Positions 45,601 to 57,600 of a stretch of DNA of 64,000 nucleotides are shown one piece after another. The stretch is taken from positions 23,932,001 through 23,996,000 of the forward strand of contig CM052826.1 of assembly GCA_028534125.1 (NCBI GenBank). Direction: 5' to 3'. Made by a program: the position numbers and the translations under genes. The notes under the pieces are model-generated. The model did no database searches. It saw only the letters and a list, made by a program, of their open reading frames with translations, and was not told where the DNA came from. The DNA comes from Lama glama. Its lineage: Eukaryota. Numbering within the stretch: the stretch's first letter is position 1; the number at the start of each line of letters is the position of its first letter.

Positions 45601-48600
45601 CTTCCCCGTGTGCCCTGCCCTGGCACTGTGCCGGGCCCCTTGAGGGGAGCACAGTCCCCTGAGCGGCTCAGGCCCCTGGCTCCGCAGGGGGCATCCGGGA
45701 GGGCTGCCTGCAGAGCCACCGTGCCCTACCACCCTGGCAGGAAGCTCGCCCAGGCCTGAGTGAGGGGATGGGGCTGCCTCACCGGGATGGCCAGCACGCC
45801 CTTGCCCTTCCCCAGTCCCTGCCTCTGGGATTGAGTAATAAAAGCCACCTATGGTCCTGTGTGACCCTGTTGCACGAGCTCTTTCTTAGGGGGCGGGCAG
45901 CCTGGCAGCCGTGACCTGTGGCCCAGAGAGAGCCCCCCAGGTGGCAGCGGCTTTGACTGTGGCCCCCTTCTTGCCTGGATCTGGCGGTGTGCTGCCTGCC
46001 CTGACGCCCCGGCCTTGGGCTGCCTCCTGGGTTGGGGGTGGTGTGAGGGCAGAGGGAGGCCAGGCCTCTGGGCCCTCTGGTGCAGATGGACCCCACACAT
46101 GGGGAGGAGGACTCCAGACCCTGCTTCTCTGGGCACAGCCAGCTGCAGCTGCGGGCGCATCTAGGACGCCCCCTGTGTGCACCTGAGCACCCGCTTGCGT
46201 GGCCTTCCCAGGTGTCGGGGGTGCCCTGGGCGGTGCCGGGTTCTTCCCTCCAGAAAGAGTGAATGGCCAGGTGCTCTCATCCCTGGCTTGAGGCTACTTG
46301 CTGGCCTGTCCAGTAGGGTGCCCGCATGTCCAGGGGTGCGGGGTGAGGGCGTCCCACGGCGGGGAGAGGGGATGCTCCAGAGGCAGAGACTCCAGGCCCG
46401 GAGGGAGGAGTGGCAGCTGGCCCCTCTGAGGACCTGGGGGCTACTCTGCCCTCTGCCAGGTCCCACTCCCCTAAACGCCCAAGATACATGCGTTGAGGGA
46501 TGAGTACCCAGGCCCTGGGAGCGCTGTGCCTCCCGCCCTGCACTGGGGCCGAGCGGGGGCTGGCTGTTAACCGCGTCTTTTCTGCCCTGCCGCCTTTCAG
46601 GAACGTCCTCCCTTCTCTCTCAGCCTCCGAGGCCTCTGCCACCCAGGCAGCTTCCTGGGGCACGGGTGGGTCTAGTTGCTCTGCACTGGCTGGTCCTTGT
46701 GTCTGGCTTATCTCTCATGCAGCAGGGATGGTGTCTGTTCCCTCATGGCCCCTCTGCCTACCACCTGGGACTGTGACAGCCACCTGGGTTGGAGGCATCC
46801 CTGCTGGTGTCTGATTGGGCACAGAGTTAGGGCTTGACCACTGTGGTCCTGGGACAAAGGAGGAAGCCGGGTAGGGTGATGGTGAGTCTTCTCTCGTCCT
46901 TCAGGAGCCAGAGCCGATCAGGCAGCGCTGGGTCTTCCTGTCTGGGTGGGGGAGGACCGACCTCTCACCAGCTGTGTGGGCCTTAGGGAGCTGCTCGACC
47001 TGGCTCAGCCCCGTCTCCTCCTCTGTGAGGTGGGCTGGCACAGGCAGGGCAAACCTGGCGCAAGGGAGGCCTGGGGGTCTCCGAGCCTGCTCTGCAGCTC
47101 CTTTTCGCTGCTCTTTAATCCTACATGCAGCTGGAGCTGGCGGGACTGGTGTCTGTGCAGGTGCAGAAGGGCCCGGGGTGTTCTGTAACCAGGGGTCGTG
47201 GTGGGAGCAGAGGGGAGCAGAGGCAGGATGGAGCCCAGGAAAGGGCGGTTCCAGGCAGAGGGAAGGTTTAGAGGGCGGGGAGGTGGCTGCCCAAGACTCG
47301 GGAGAGACCTTCGACCCGACACGGGCTCCGAGCAGTGCTTTCCCTGAGCACTGTGGCCACACCGTGTTGTTCTCCCCCGTGCTGGACGCCTGGCTCAGGA
47401 GCTGGCGATCAGAGTGTGTGTCAGGACCGGGTCCCTGGGAGAGATGCCAGTGGCACCAGAGCCCGGACAACTGTCTTTTTCCAGTGGGCGGGGCTGCTGC
47501 TCCAAGGACCGGCACAGGGGTGGGCCTGGGGGCGGGCTGAGGGCGCTGGGAAGAGGCCTCTGCCAGACTTCCCCTCCGAGCTGACCAGGGCCTTCCCAAG
47601 GGACGGCCCTCGGCTGACGGCTGGGCAGGCCCTTGGCCTTGCAGGTGTCCCTTGAGCTGGGCAGCAGCCGGCCCTTTTCTCCCCTGGGCTGAGGGTCTGC
47701 TTCTCCTGAGGGTGTCACCCCGGCACCTGGGCCTTCAAGGAGCTCTCCCAGTCATCCTGAGACTGGCTCCCTTCCTGAAAAACAGCCCAATTAACCTCGT
47801 TTACCAGGGGCACGCCTACCTGGCGCAAACCCCGAAGGAGCACCCATTTGCTTCTATCCGGACTAGTGCCCGGTAATTGGAAGGTGCTGAGGCTCCCCCA
47901 GGGCCCGTCCTGGCCTCTCCAGGCTCGCCTCTCGAGTTGCTTGTAAAACCTTTTCTCGAGGCGCTCCACCAATTTCTCTTGGGCCCTTGAGGGACCCGCC
48001 CCCTGAGGAAGGGTTGGGCAGGGGCTCGGTGGCTTACATGTACCTTCTCCATTGCCCCTTCCCCCCAGAAGCCTCTGGGAGCCTTGGCGGGGGCTCCAGG
48101 GGCTGCTGCTTCAAGGCCCGAGCTCTGGGCCTGATGCAGTCACGTCTAAGCCTCGGGGGGTGGGGCCCGTGCCCCTCTGCCAGCTGTGTGCTTGATGTTT
48201 CCAGATCAGTCTGGAGCCCCCCAGCTGGTGACATGGCCTTACAGTGCCTTGGGGAAATGGAGGCCCAGAGGGGGTCTTGACCTAGACCGTCCCAGGGCCA
48301 CCTAGGGCTGTTTCTTTTGCTTTTCGGTGCAGCTGGGTAGAGTGCAGGAGGCAGCCTCCCCCAGGACTGAAAATGTCACATGTTGGTGGGGCTCCTGGAT
48401 GCTTAGCTCAAGGGGGCTGGAGCTGAGCCTGGTGGGAGCTGCACCCCCATGAGAGTCTGAGGGCGCCTGGAGGGAGCGGAGCAGGCGGAAGTGCCCTTAG
48501 TCAGGCTCACCGGTGCCAGTCAGGCTCTTAGTTAGGCAGCAAGAGCACCTCTCCCCACCAAGATGCCTGGCTGGCCCCCCAAGCATCAGCCTCTGCTGCT

Positions 48601-51600
48601 GGTCCCCCTTGGGGCCTTGGCAGCACCCCCCCTTCCTTCCGTGGGGCTGGACCCTAGGGTGCCTCCGCACCGCGCTTCCAAAGCACAGGCTCGTTTGTGG
48701 GGGGATCCCATCCTTTCAGAATCTGAAGTGCAAGGTCTGAACTCGGCCATTACTTGAGCGGGGCTGGAGGCACTCCCGGATGACTTGTCTGTCGCCTTGG
48801 AATCTCTGTGAGCTGTTCCAGAGCAGGCAGTGGGTGGGAAAGGACCTCTGTCCATTAGCTCCCCACTGTGCCCTGTCCACCTCTCTTGGGAGCAGAGTGT
48901 TCCTTGCTGCTGTCCCCCACCTGGGGCAGTGGGACGGGGCAGGAGGGAGGCTGGGGAGTGACGTGAGTTGGACTAGAGGCCCCTGGAGACCAGCAGGACC
49001 CCACCAGCCCCTCACTGGGCATGCCCCATAAGTGCTCCCAACTTGCTGGCCTGGGCCTCTCCACTCTGCTCGGCAGCCAGGACTTGGAGGGGGGCACTGG
49101 CTCCCCTGCTCATCCAGGCAGGTGGGGGTTAGGGGTGGGCTTGCTGTTAGTGCCTCTGGGCCCGTTGTGGCTCAGGGTGGGCTGGGAGGGGGCCCTAGGT
49201 CTTGCTGTTGGGGTTTCTAGCCTTCCCTCTGGACCTCTGCATGGTCTGTTCATCTTGAACCTGGCCGGGGCCGGGGGGCCGCTGACCATGTGTCCTGACC
49301 TGGGCCCCTGGCCTGACACCCTTGGCTGGGAGGTGGGGACATGAAGTGACTGCTCCCTGGCACCCAGTCCTGCTGGGCCCCCGTGGCCTTCATTGCTTGG
49401 CTTTACCTCCTCAGCTGTGACTGACAGCCCTGGCGTGTCCTTGGTGGCACAGATACACACAGCCTTTCTAAGTATCACTTGAAAAAGAAGTTCCAAGTTA
49501 GAAGCCACACAACAGCCCTGCAGTGGCCTTGCCCTCCCTCGGGCCGCCAGGCAGCCGGCTGAGCCCCGGCCCTGCAGCGCCCTATGCTCCTTGCGCTCCC
49601 TCGTTCGCTGGGGCTTCTGCAGCTAGATGCCGCACGCTGGGTGCCTGGAAGCAGCACAGGTGTTTCCTCTGGTGGTTTTGGGGGTCAGAGGTCCAAATGG
49701 GGCTCCCTGGGCTATGGTCCACATGTGGGCGTGGCTGGTTCCCTCTGGAGGCTCCCGGGAGACCTGGCTGCTACCCTGCAGCCACAGGGCACCAGGACGG
49801 AGTCACATGTTCCACACGGGTTTCCTGGGAGGGCGTCTGGCAGGCCACGAATGTCGAGCTGCGTCCTGGCCCTGAGGCGTTTGGCTGTGGGGTGCTGTTT
49901 CTCTCTCGGAATGCTGGGCTTTGTTTGCTCACTTTTTACTGAGAATTTCTGCGTTTCTGTCTGCAAGTGACAGTCTCCTGTGAGTTTTGTGGCAACTCTG
50001 GTGGCACTTGGGTTGCGCTAGTCTTGTGGAATTTACCCCAGAAACAGGCAGATCACATGAGCTACCTGTCCACTGGACGCTCCCTTGGGGCTGGCGTGAA
50101 CGTTGGTGCTCATACTCTGTGGGCCACCATGCTGTGTCCTGAACACGGTACATTGTTTGGCCATCTTTTGCAGCCATGGCATGGTACCTAGGCGGCCTTC
50201 TGCTTTGTCGCCTTGTAAAATGTGTCCTGTGCTGTGGGTGTGCCGTCCCGTGTCCTCAGCAGTGGGTAGTCAGTGGTTTATGCTCTCCCGCTGGTACCTG
50301 CTCAGCCGGTGGGCTTTTCTGCGGGCGAGAAGGCGAGTGGGACAGAGTGCAGAGGGCACTGCCCCAGACAGGGCTGCACACGCGTCCCCCGCTGTTCCGA
50401 GCAGGCTGTGTGGGGCCCAGCCTTCTGCTCGCCTCCCACCCCCGCCTCCTGAGCTTGGGAAGCTCTGCGCACCTCCCCCCGTACTCCCTGTGGCCCCCCC
50501 AACCCCGGCTGGGCGTCTGGACTTCCAAGGGTATCCCCCCACCGCCCCTGGCTGCAGGTGCAGTGTCACTGTGGGCCGGCTCTGTGGGCACCCCTCTATC
50601 TCGCCCTGCTGCACACCTCACGTCCCATTTCACAGTGGCTAAAGTCCCCGGGCTCCTGCGGCCTTCTCTGGGGCCCGAGTTCTGTGCCCCTCACTCCTGG
50701 CAGCCTCAGCAGGGCGGGGCCTACATGGAGGGGCCCGCTGGAAACCTTGACTTGCAGGTAGAGCCTCGGTGGGGGTTGGCCGGAGGCCTGGCCCCTGGAT
50801 GTTCTGCAAGGCTGGTTCTCCCCTCTCTGCTCTGGGCTGGCCCGTGGGCTCAAGGCCCGGGATAAGGCAGTGGCTGGTCGCTGGCTCATGTGGCTGCTGC
50901 CTTAGGGCCTGCTCACTGCTGTTTTCTCCCTCTTCCCATTTTAGGGCTTGGTTATGACCCGTACAATCCTGAGCTGCCCAAGCCCCCGGCGCAGAGGGAG
51001 AATGGTGCCCTGGGTAGAGGGGACGAGCCCCGCTCGGACATTCTGGAGCTGGAGCTGGTCAACCAGGCCATTGAGGCTGTGCGTTCCGAGGTGGAGCTTG
51101 AGCAGAGGCGATACCAGGAGCTCCTGGAGACGACCCGGGAGCACGGCTCGACTGAGGCCCCCGCGCTGGCGCCCCGCGGCCCCATTGCCTGCCCCGCCGC
51201 CGGCCTGGACGAGGATGCTTTCCCGCTGTCCTTCAGTTACAACCCTGGCGGCCGTGGCCTGTTCAGCCCCGATGCCAGCTACCAGCCCACACCACTGGCT
51301 GCCTCTGCCGAGCCCAGCAGCAAGTACTCGCTGGCCTCTCTGGACCAGGGTCAGGGCCATGGTGGAGGGGGTGGCAATGCCCTGGAGTACGTCCCCAAAG
51401 CTGTGAGCCAGCCCCGGCGATACAGCCGCCCTGTCCACAGCAGCAAGTACGTGGTGGACAACTCCAAGCCCTCTACAGACCTGGAATACGACCCACTGTC
51501 CAACTTCTCTGCCCGTCTGCTCAGCAGAGCCAGCGCCAAGGACGACAGGGCCCCCAAGCGACCCAGGGGCTCCCTTAGCAGTGAGCCCTACATGCCTGCA

Positions 51601-54600
51601 CCCAAGAAGACCTGCGACCCTTTTGGTGGCTGTGACGCAAGGTTCTCGGACTCAGAGGATGATGCTGCCGCAGCCCCGGGTGATAAGCCCACCACCGCCA
51701 GCCCCCCGAGAGCCCAGGTGGGTTCTGGGAGCAAGGCCCTGGGGAAGCCTGGCTCCAGGGCGGGTGCAGAGCCTGAGGAGGGCAGCCTGCGGGAGACCAA
51801 GGAGATTGCCGTGCAGTATGACGTGGGGGACCTCGGGCAGCCTCCCAAAGGCCCGGGTGGGCCGCCCCCCACCAAGGCCAGCTCCCCGGCCAGGGTCTCA
51901 CAGGAGCACGGCAGCTCCAAGGAGGGGAGGCCCAAGAAGAAGAAAAGTGGGGTGCTTCCGGCAGCCAGCCCCAAGGACAGTGTCCGGAAAACAGACAAGG
52001 ATAAGGATGGAGCGCGTGGGAGGCTGGCCGAGAAGCCCGGTGTGGACAGGAGGGGCCTGCAGGCCAGCAGCCCCCGGCACAGGGCAGAGCGGTCCCAAGG
52101 GACCAAGAAAAAGCCATCTTCAGCCACTCTGGTGGCCAGCTCAGGGAAAGGCCGGCCTGACCAGCCGGGACCGAAACCAAGCCCCACACAGGGGGGCGCC
52201 CGCCAGCTGCCGGACAGGACAGTTAGTGAGACCCCATCAGGGAAGCTGGCAGAGCGGAAGACCCGCTCACTGGACGAGGGCACCCCCCGGGACGCCCCCA
52301 AGCTGCAGAGGCGGGCCCTGAGCCACGCCGACCTCTTCGGGGATGAGAGCGAGGACGAGGACCCCGGGCCCAAGGTGCCTGGACTCCGGCCGCCTGCCCT
52401 CCCCAGCCTCAGCTCCAGCTCCGATTCGGACTCTGACTCAGACACGGACTCCAGCCTGGGCCTCTCTTCTGCACGGGGGCTGCCCAAACGCCTCAAGGCC
52501 TCCCCGCCCCCCTTGGCTGGCCAGTCCTCCTCCTCCCCCTCGTCCTCGTCCTCGTCGGGGGCGGGTTCTGACGTGGACTACTCAGCCCTGGAGAAGGAGG
52601 TCGACTTTGACTCCGACCCCATGGAGGAGTGCCTGCGCATTTTCAACGAGTCCACCGCGGTCAAGACGGAGGACAAGGGCCGGCTGGCCCGGCAGGTGAG
52701 GGTCTTGCTGGGCTCCTCCCTGACTTTGCCTATGACTGGAGTCTCGTGTCCGCCTCGTAACTTGTTCAGAACTCAGGGACCCTCGCTGGCTGCCTGCTGC
52801 CCCCTGCACCCCATCCAGAGAGAGGATGCCAGCGGCTTACAACCCACCCCCACCACGGGGTTCTGTGGCCCCCTTCTGAGAGCACTCCCGTGAAGGATTT
52901 GCGGCCTTCCTCAGCCCGCTCCCTTCCCCCCGCTGCTGCCCTCTGCCTCCTCCTTGTGGCCTCCTCCCCATCCTCCCCATCCTGGTCCCTCCTCTCCCCA
53001 TGCAGCCCCCCTCCCCCCTCTCTCCTTTCCCTCCCTCCAGCCCCCCCCCAAAACCCCCCCAAAAACTCAGCCAGCCTCAACCTTTCTGGTCTGCTGCGCC
53101 AGTGTCCCCACCTCAGCCAGCAGAGGGAGCTCGCTGTAAACAGAGCACGCTGTGCCAGCTCCTGCACCGAGCCTGCAGCTTCTGAGGGTTCAGATCACAG
53201 GCTTGGCCACGGCCCTGCCCCTGGGTCCCTCCCTTAGTGCCCCACCCTATTCCTGGCCCTTTGCTTTTCAATTTCATCCCCTTCATTCTCATGATTCTGA
53301 GCCCTTCCCTGTGCCAGGCGGGTGGTATGTGGGCTGGGCCAAGCCTGCAGAACTCACCCTCAGTGGGGCCTGGGAGATGAGCTCAGGGCTCCGGCAGTGC
53401 TGGGGGAAGACTTGGCTCCAGGGCGCTAAATCTCCTCACCTGTGAGGAAGGCCTGGCACACCTCCTGGGAAGTCGGTGAGAGCTCCAAGTCACATGTCTG
53501 GACACGGCAGCCTGACCTTCAAGCCTGTTACTGCCTTCCTACCCACTCCCGGCTTGGCCTGGGAGTCACATCCTCTGTGTGCCCCAGCGTTGGCATGGGG
53601 AGCTGAGGCCCCAGGAGGGGGCCTTGTTGACGGATGAACGTGTGTTTCAGCCTCCCAAGGAAGAGAAGATGGAGGACCAGGGGCATTCAGGGCTGACCAC
53701 TCTGTTCCCTGGGCAGAAGAGGAGGATTTCTCATCTTTCCAAGCAAGGCAAGGAGGTGAGGTCCTCCTCTGGGGTCCTGGGGTAGAGGCTGGCAGGAGGG
53801 AGAAGGGCTCCCATCTGCAGAAGCAAAGGCCCCGTGTTCCTTTGCTGATGGGTCCCTTTGGTGCTGCCCGTGTCCTGCAGAGACGTGCCTGGGACCCACA
53901 ACCAGCCACCAAGTTGCGCTTAGTGGTGCGGGGAGCGGGGCCCGGGGCAGGGAGAGCGAGGGAGGGACGGCTCTCCAGCAGCTACACTGCTAGATCCCAG
54001 CTCCAGAGTACACTGTGTGATCTTGCACAAGTGAGGTGTCCTCTCTGAGCCTTGGTTTTGTCCCTCGTGGCCTGAAGACAGGAGCAGTTGTCAGTCACTG
54101 GTGGGGGGTGGGTTGGTTAGTGTGCTAGCGCAGGGAAGGCTGGGGCAGAAGACAGAGCTCCAAGCTGAAGAACTGCAGGTGATCCAGTCATTCTCCCTCC
54201 GCCCGAGGGGGTTCTGGAAGTGAGGTCTAGAGAAGATTGGATTAGCAGGATCTAATCTAGGGGTTGGGGGTTTCCATTCACTCTGTGCCTACATCAGGGC
54301 TGAGAGCATTTGTGCTGTGTGATCTCAAGCAAGTGGTGCAACCTCTCTGAGCCTTGGCTTTCTCCTTTGTGGCCCAGAGACAGGAACAGTCTTCCATCAC
54401 TGTGGGGTGGTCAGTGTGCTAGTGCAGGGAAGGCTAGGGCAGAAGACAGGGCTCCAAGCTACAGAACTACAGGTAATCCAATCACCAGACCCCACCCCAA
54501 CAAAGGAGACCCTGCAAGATCTGTCTAGAGAAGATTGAATCAAGCAGGATCTAATCCAGGGGTTGCGGGTGCCCACCCACCCTGTGCCTATATAGGAGCT

Positions 54601-57600
54601 GAGGGCCCAGCCTGGGTAGTCAGAAGCCAGAAGCCTGGAGAGCAGGGCCAGGAGGGAGGCCCGGGGTAGTGAAGCAGCATGATGAACTTGAGAGCCGACG
54701 CACCAAGCTGGTTCCCTGCAGGACACGCACAGACTCAGGAGATGGTGCCCGTGCTGGGGGTGGCCTGCCCCTTCCTGGACCTGGGGTCCCTGCTGTCTGT
54801 GCAGCGGTTCCCCTGTCCTGCTGCCCTGGGTGGCCTGCTCCGGGTGCCCTTGATGTGCACTCTGCACTTGGAATTTGCCATCTTCCAGGCGGAGCCGACG
54901 AAGAGAGGCCCCACGCTCCCCACCCGGCCCCCGACTGCCCAGGAGGTGTGCTACCGGCGGGCCCAGCAGGCGCAGAGGGAGTCAGCCAGCTGGTTCCAGG
55001 CTGCCCAGCAGCCGGCCGAGAGGCCATCCTCTGTCCACATCTCGGCCCCAGGCGAGAAGAGGAGGATCGCCCATGTCCCCAACCCACTCCTGGCTGCAGG
55101 TAAGGCCCGTGGTCCAGCAGAAGGAGCCTGGCCATGGCCGTGGCTGTGAGCCCGGCCTGGCTGGGTCTCAGGGTGCTTATCTTTAAGATGAGGGTGGAAG
55201 TCTCCTGATTGCCAGCAGGAGGCGGGAGCAGGCCTGGCAGCTCTGGGCCTCTGTGGGCTTGGGTGGCGGTGGTGGGGCTGGCTGTAGCGAGCCTGACAGG
55301 TGTCCTCCTCCCTCCCCCTGCTTGTTAGGCAGACCGGGGCCACCCCACCTGCCTGGTCTTTGGGAGGCTCCCACCCAGGTGTGGTTTGCAGCCGGCAGGG
55401 TGTCAGTGGGGCTTGGGGGCTGTTTTTCTTCCTTGTCACACCCTGAGGGCCAATTCCTGCCGGCTTGGGCTTGTCTGGAAGCTGGGCTGCACCTCAGCAG
55501 TTGGATGGGCGAGCCGCTCAGGGGTGCGTCTAGGGCGGAGGACTTACGTGTCTGGAGGGCTGGTTCACGTCTAGAGCCATCCGGCTTCTCTCTGGCGGGG
55601 GGGACCCTGCTGTCTGACCCGCTCCCCAGGGCCACCCTTGCTGCTGGTTCAAAGGCCCCTTTGAGGAACTGGCCCCGAAGTGACGGCTGCACACTCTGGT
55701 CCTGCGAATACAGGCTTCCACTGGCCTCCCTGGTTTTCCCTGGTGCCTAGAGCCTCCTTTAGGAAAAATTGTCCGGGTTCTGTTCCCTCCCCTTCCCCAG
55801 AGTGCCTGAGGTAGAGCTCAGAGCCAGGGGTTGGTCAGCCAGGGGGTTCCCTCGTGGATTTTGGCACAGGTTTGGCCCTGGGGCCCTGCATGGAGATAGC
55901 CCTGAACTGTGGACCAGAGACACACTCTCCAAAACCTCTTGAGTTGTCTGGTCATCACTGATGGCTTTGGACAGTCCTGTCACTATCATCACTGCACTCA
56001 GGTGGTGTGGCTGCTCTCCTGAGCCCAGGGAGACTCACCTGAGGTCCAGGGCCTTGTGCTCTAAATGACCCTAAAGCTCTCTTTCCATCCCTGGAAAGTG
56101 CACGTCCTTAGAGAGGACAGCAGTCGGCAGCTTGCTTCCCTCGTGGCCCGCGAGGCTGGCCCTGGCCCCGCCGCTCCGGGCCTCGGTCCCCTCGGCTCCT
56201 GTCCTTTCTCAGGGCTAACCACCCTAGCACCCCTGCCCCGGAAGGGGAAACAGCCCTGCTGGTGGGCACCCTCCTCCCCGGGGCAGGAGACTGTTGGGTT
56301 TGTGACCTCATCAAAGGGAGAGGCAGAACCCAGCTGCTCAGTGACCGGGCTGGGCCATCCCACAGCCTCTGGTCCTTAGCCCAGGAGCCAGGGCCTTTCT
56401 TCCCTCACACTTCAATGCCTCGGAGTCGGGGGCCGGAACATGTGGAAGAGGCTCCGCATGCCCTCTGCGACTCACCGGACCACCCCGGTGGCAGCCTTGC
56501 CTGAGCCGGCCTCTGCAGCCCTGTTTTCGTCTCCCTCATCTCGATGGACTTGCCGGAAAGCAGATAGAGCCTAATGTCCTTCCACAGCCCGCGGGCCAGG
56601 CCCCGGCCCTTCCCCCTGTGCTCTGAGATGCACGTCCTGCTGATGCTGAACGGCCGCGGCCGCTTGGTGCTCTGCAGCTCAGTGATGGGCGTGCTCTCCT
56701 CCTGTACTCACGGCCCCTGCCCCCTGCCAGCCCCCACAGGTGCCAAAAGGACCCTCTCGGCCAGCAGCAGCCAGCCTCCCAATGGCCCCGAGCCCGGCAG
56801 CCAGCCCCTGAAGACGCGCACGCTGTCAGGCATGGCGTCCAAGACCACCACCACCATCACCCCCAAGCGTGTGGCCCACAGCCCGTCCTTACAGGTACCG
56901 CGGCCCCCCGTCTCCGCCCCCCAGCAGCTCCAGCATTTCTCCTGTCCTCCCGCTTGTTTCCTCTTTAACTGTAGGTTTGTTTCTTAGAGCCGTTTCAGTT
57001 CGCAGACACACTGAGCAGGGGGCCGCATGCCCCTTCCCTGCCCGCAGTTTCTCCCCTCCTGTCAGCACTGGCTGGTCCTCTGTCAGCGCCATGAGCCACT
57101 AAGGCCCAGAGTTTCTGGCAGGGTCCGCCTGGGGTGTGGGATGCCCGAGGGCTGGAGGGGCTGGAGGGGCTGGGGGTGCCGGTGGGCGCACCAGCCTCTG
57201 CTCTCTGTTTCTCTAGAGTTTGAAGAAGCCCATTATCCCGAAAGAGTTCGGAGGCAAAGTCCCCACCGTCATCCGGCAGCGCTATCTCAACCTGTTTATT
57301 GAAGAGTGTCTCAAATTTTGCTCTTCTAACCAGGAAGCCATAGAGAAGGTGCGAGGCCTGGGTGCGGCTGCCGGCTGGGGGCGGGCAGGGCTGGGTGGGG
57401 CTGAGCCCGGTGTCTGCCCACAGGCGCTCAGCGAGGAGAAGGTGGCCTATGACCGCAGCCCCAGCAAGAACATCTACCTGAACGTCGCTGTGAACACGCT
57501 CAAGAAGCTGCGTGGCCTGGTCCCCAGCACCGGGCCCGGTGTCAACAGTGAGTCGCGCCCGGAAGGCCCAGGCCCAGGCCTGACGCGGAGCCCCACCCCA

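Noticed and set aside
51588-52496. 302-aa antisense ORF (and 246-aa alternative-frame ORF) within REXO1 exon 2
   Set aside because: Expected shadow of a long GC3-rich coding exon; no independent promoter or domain evidence
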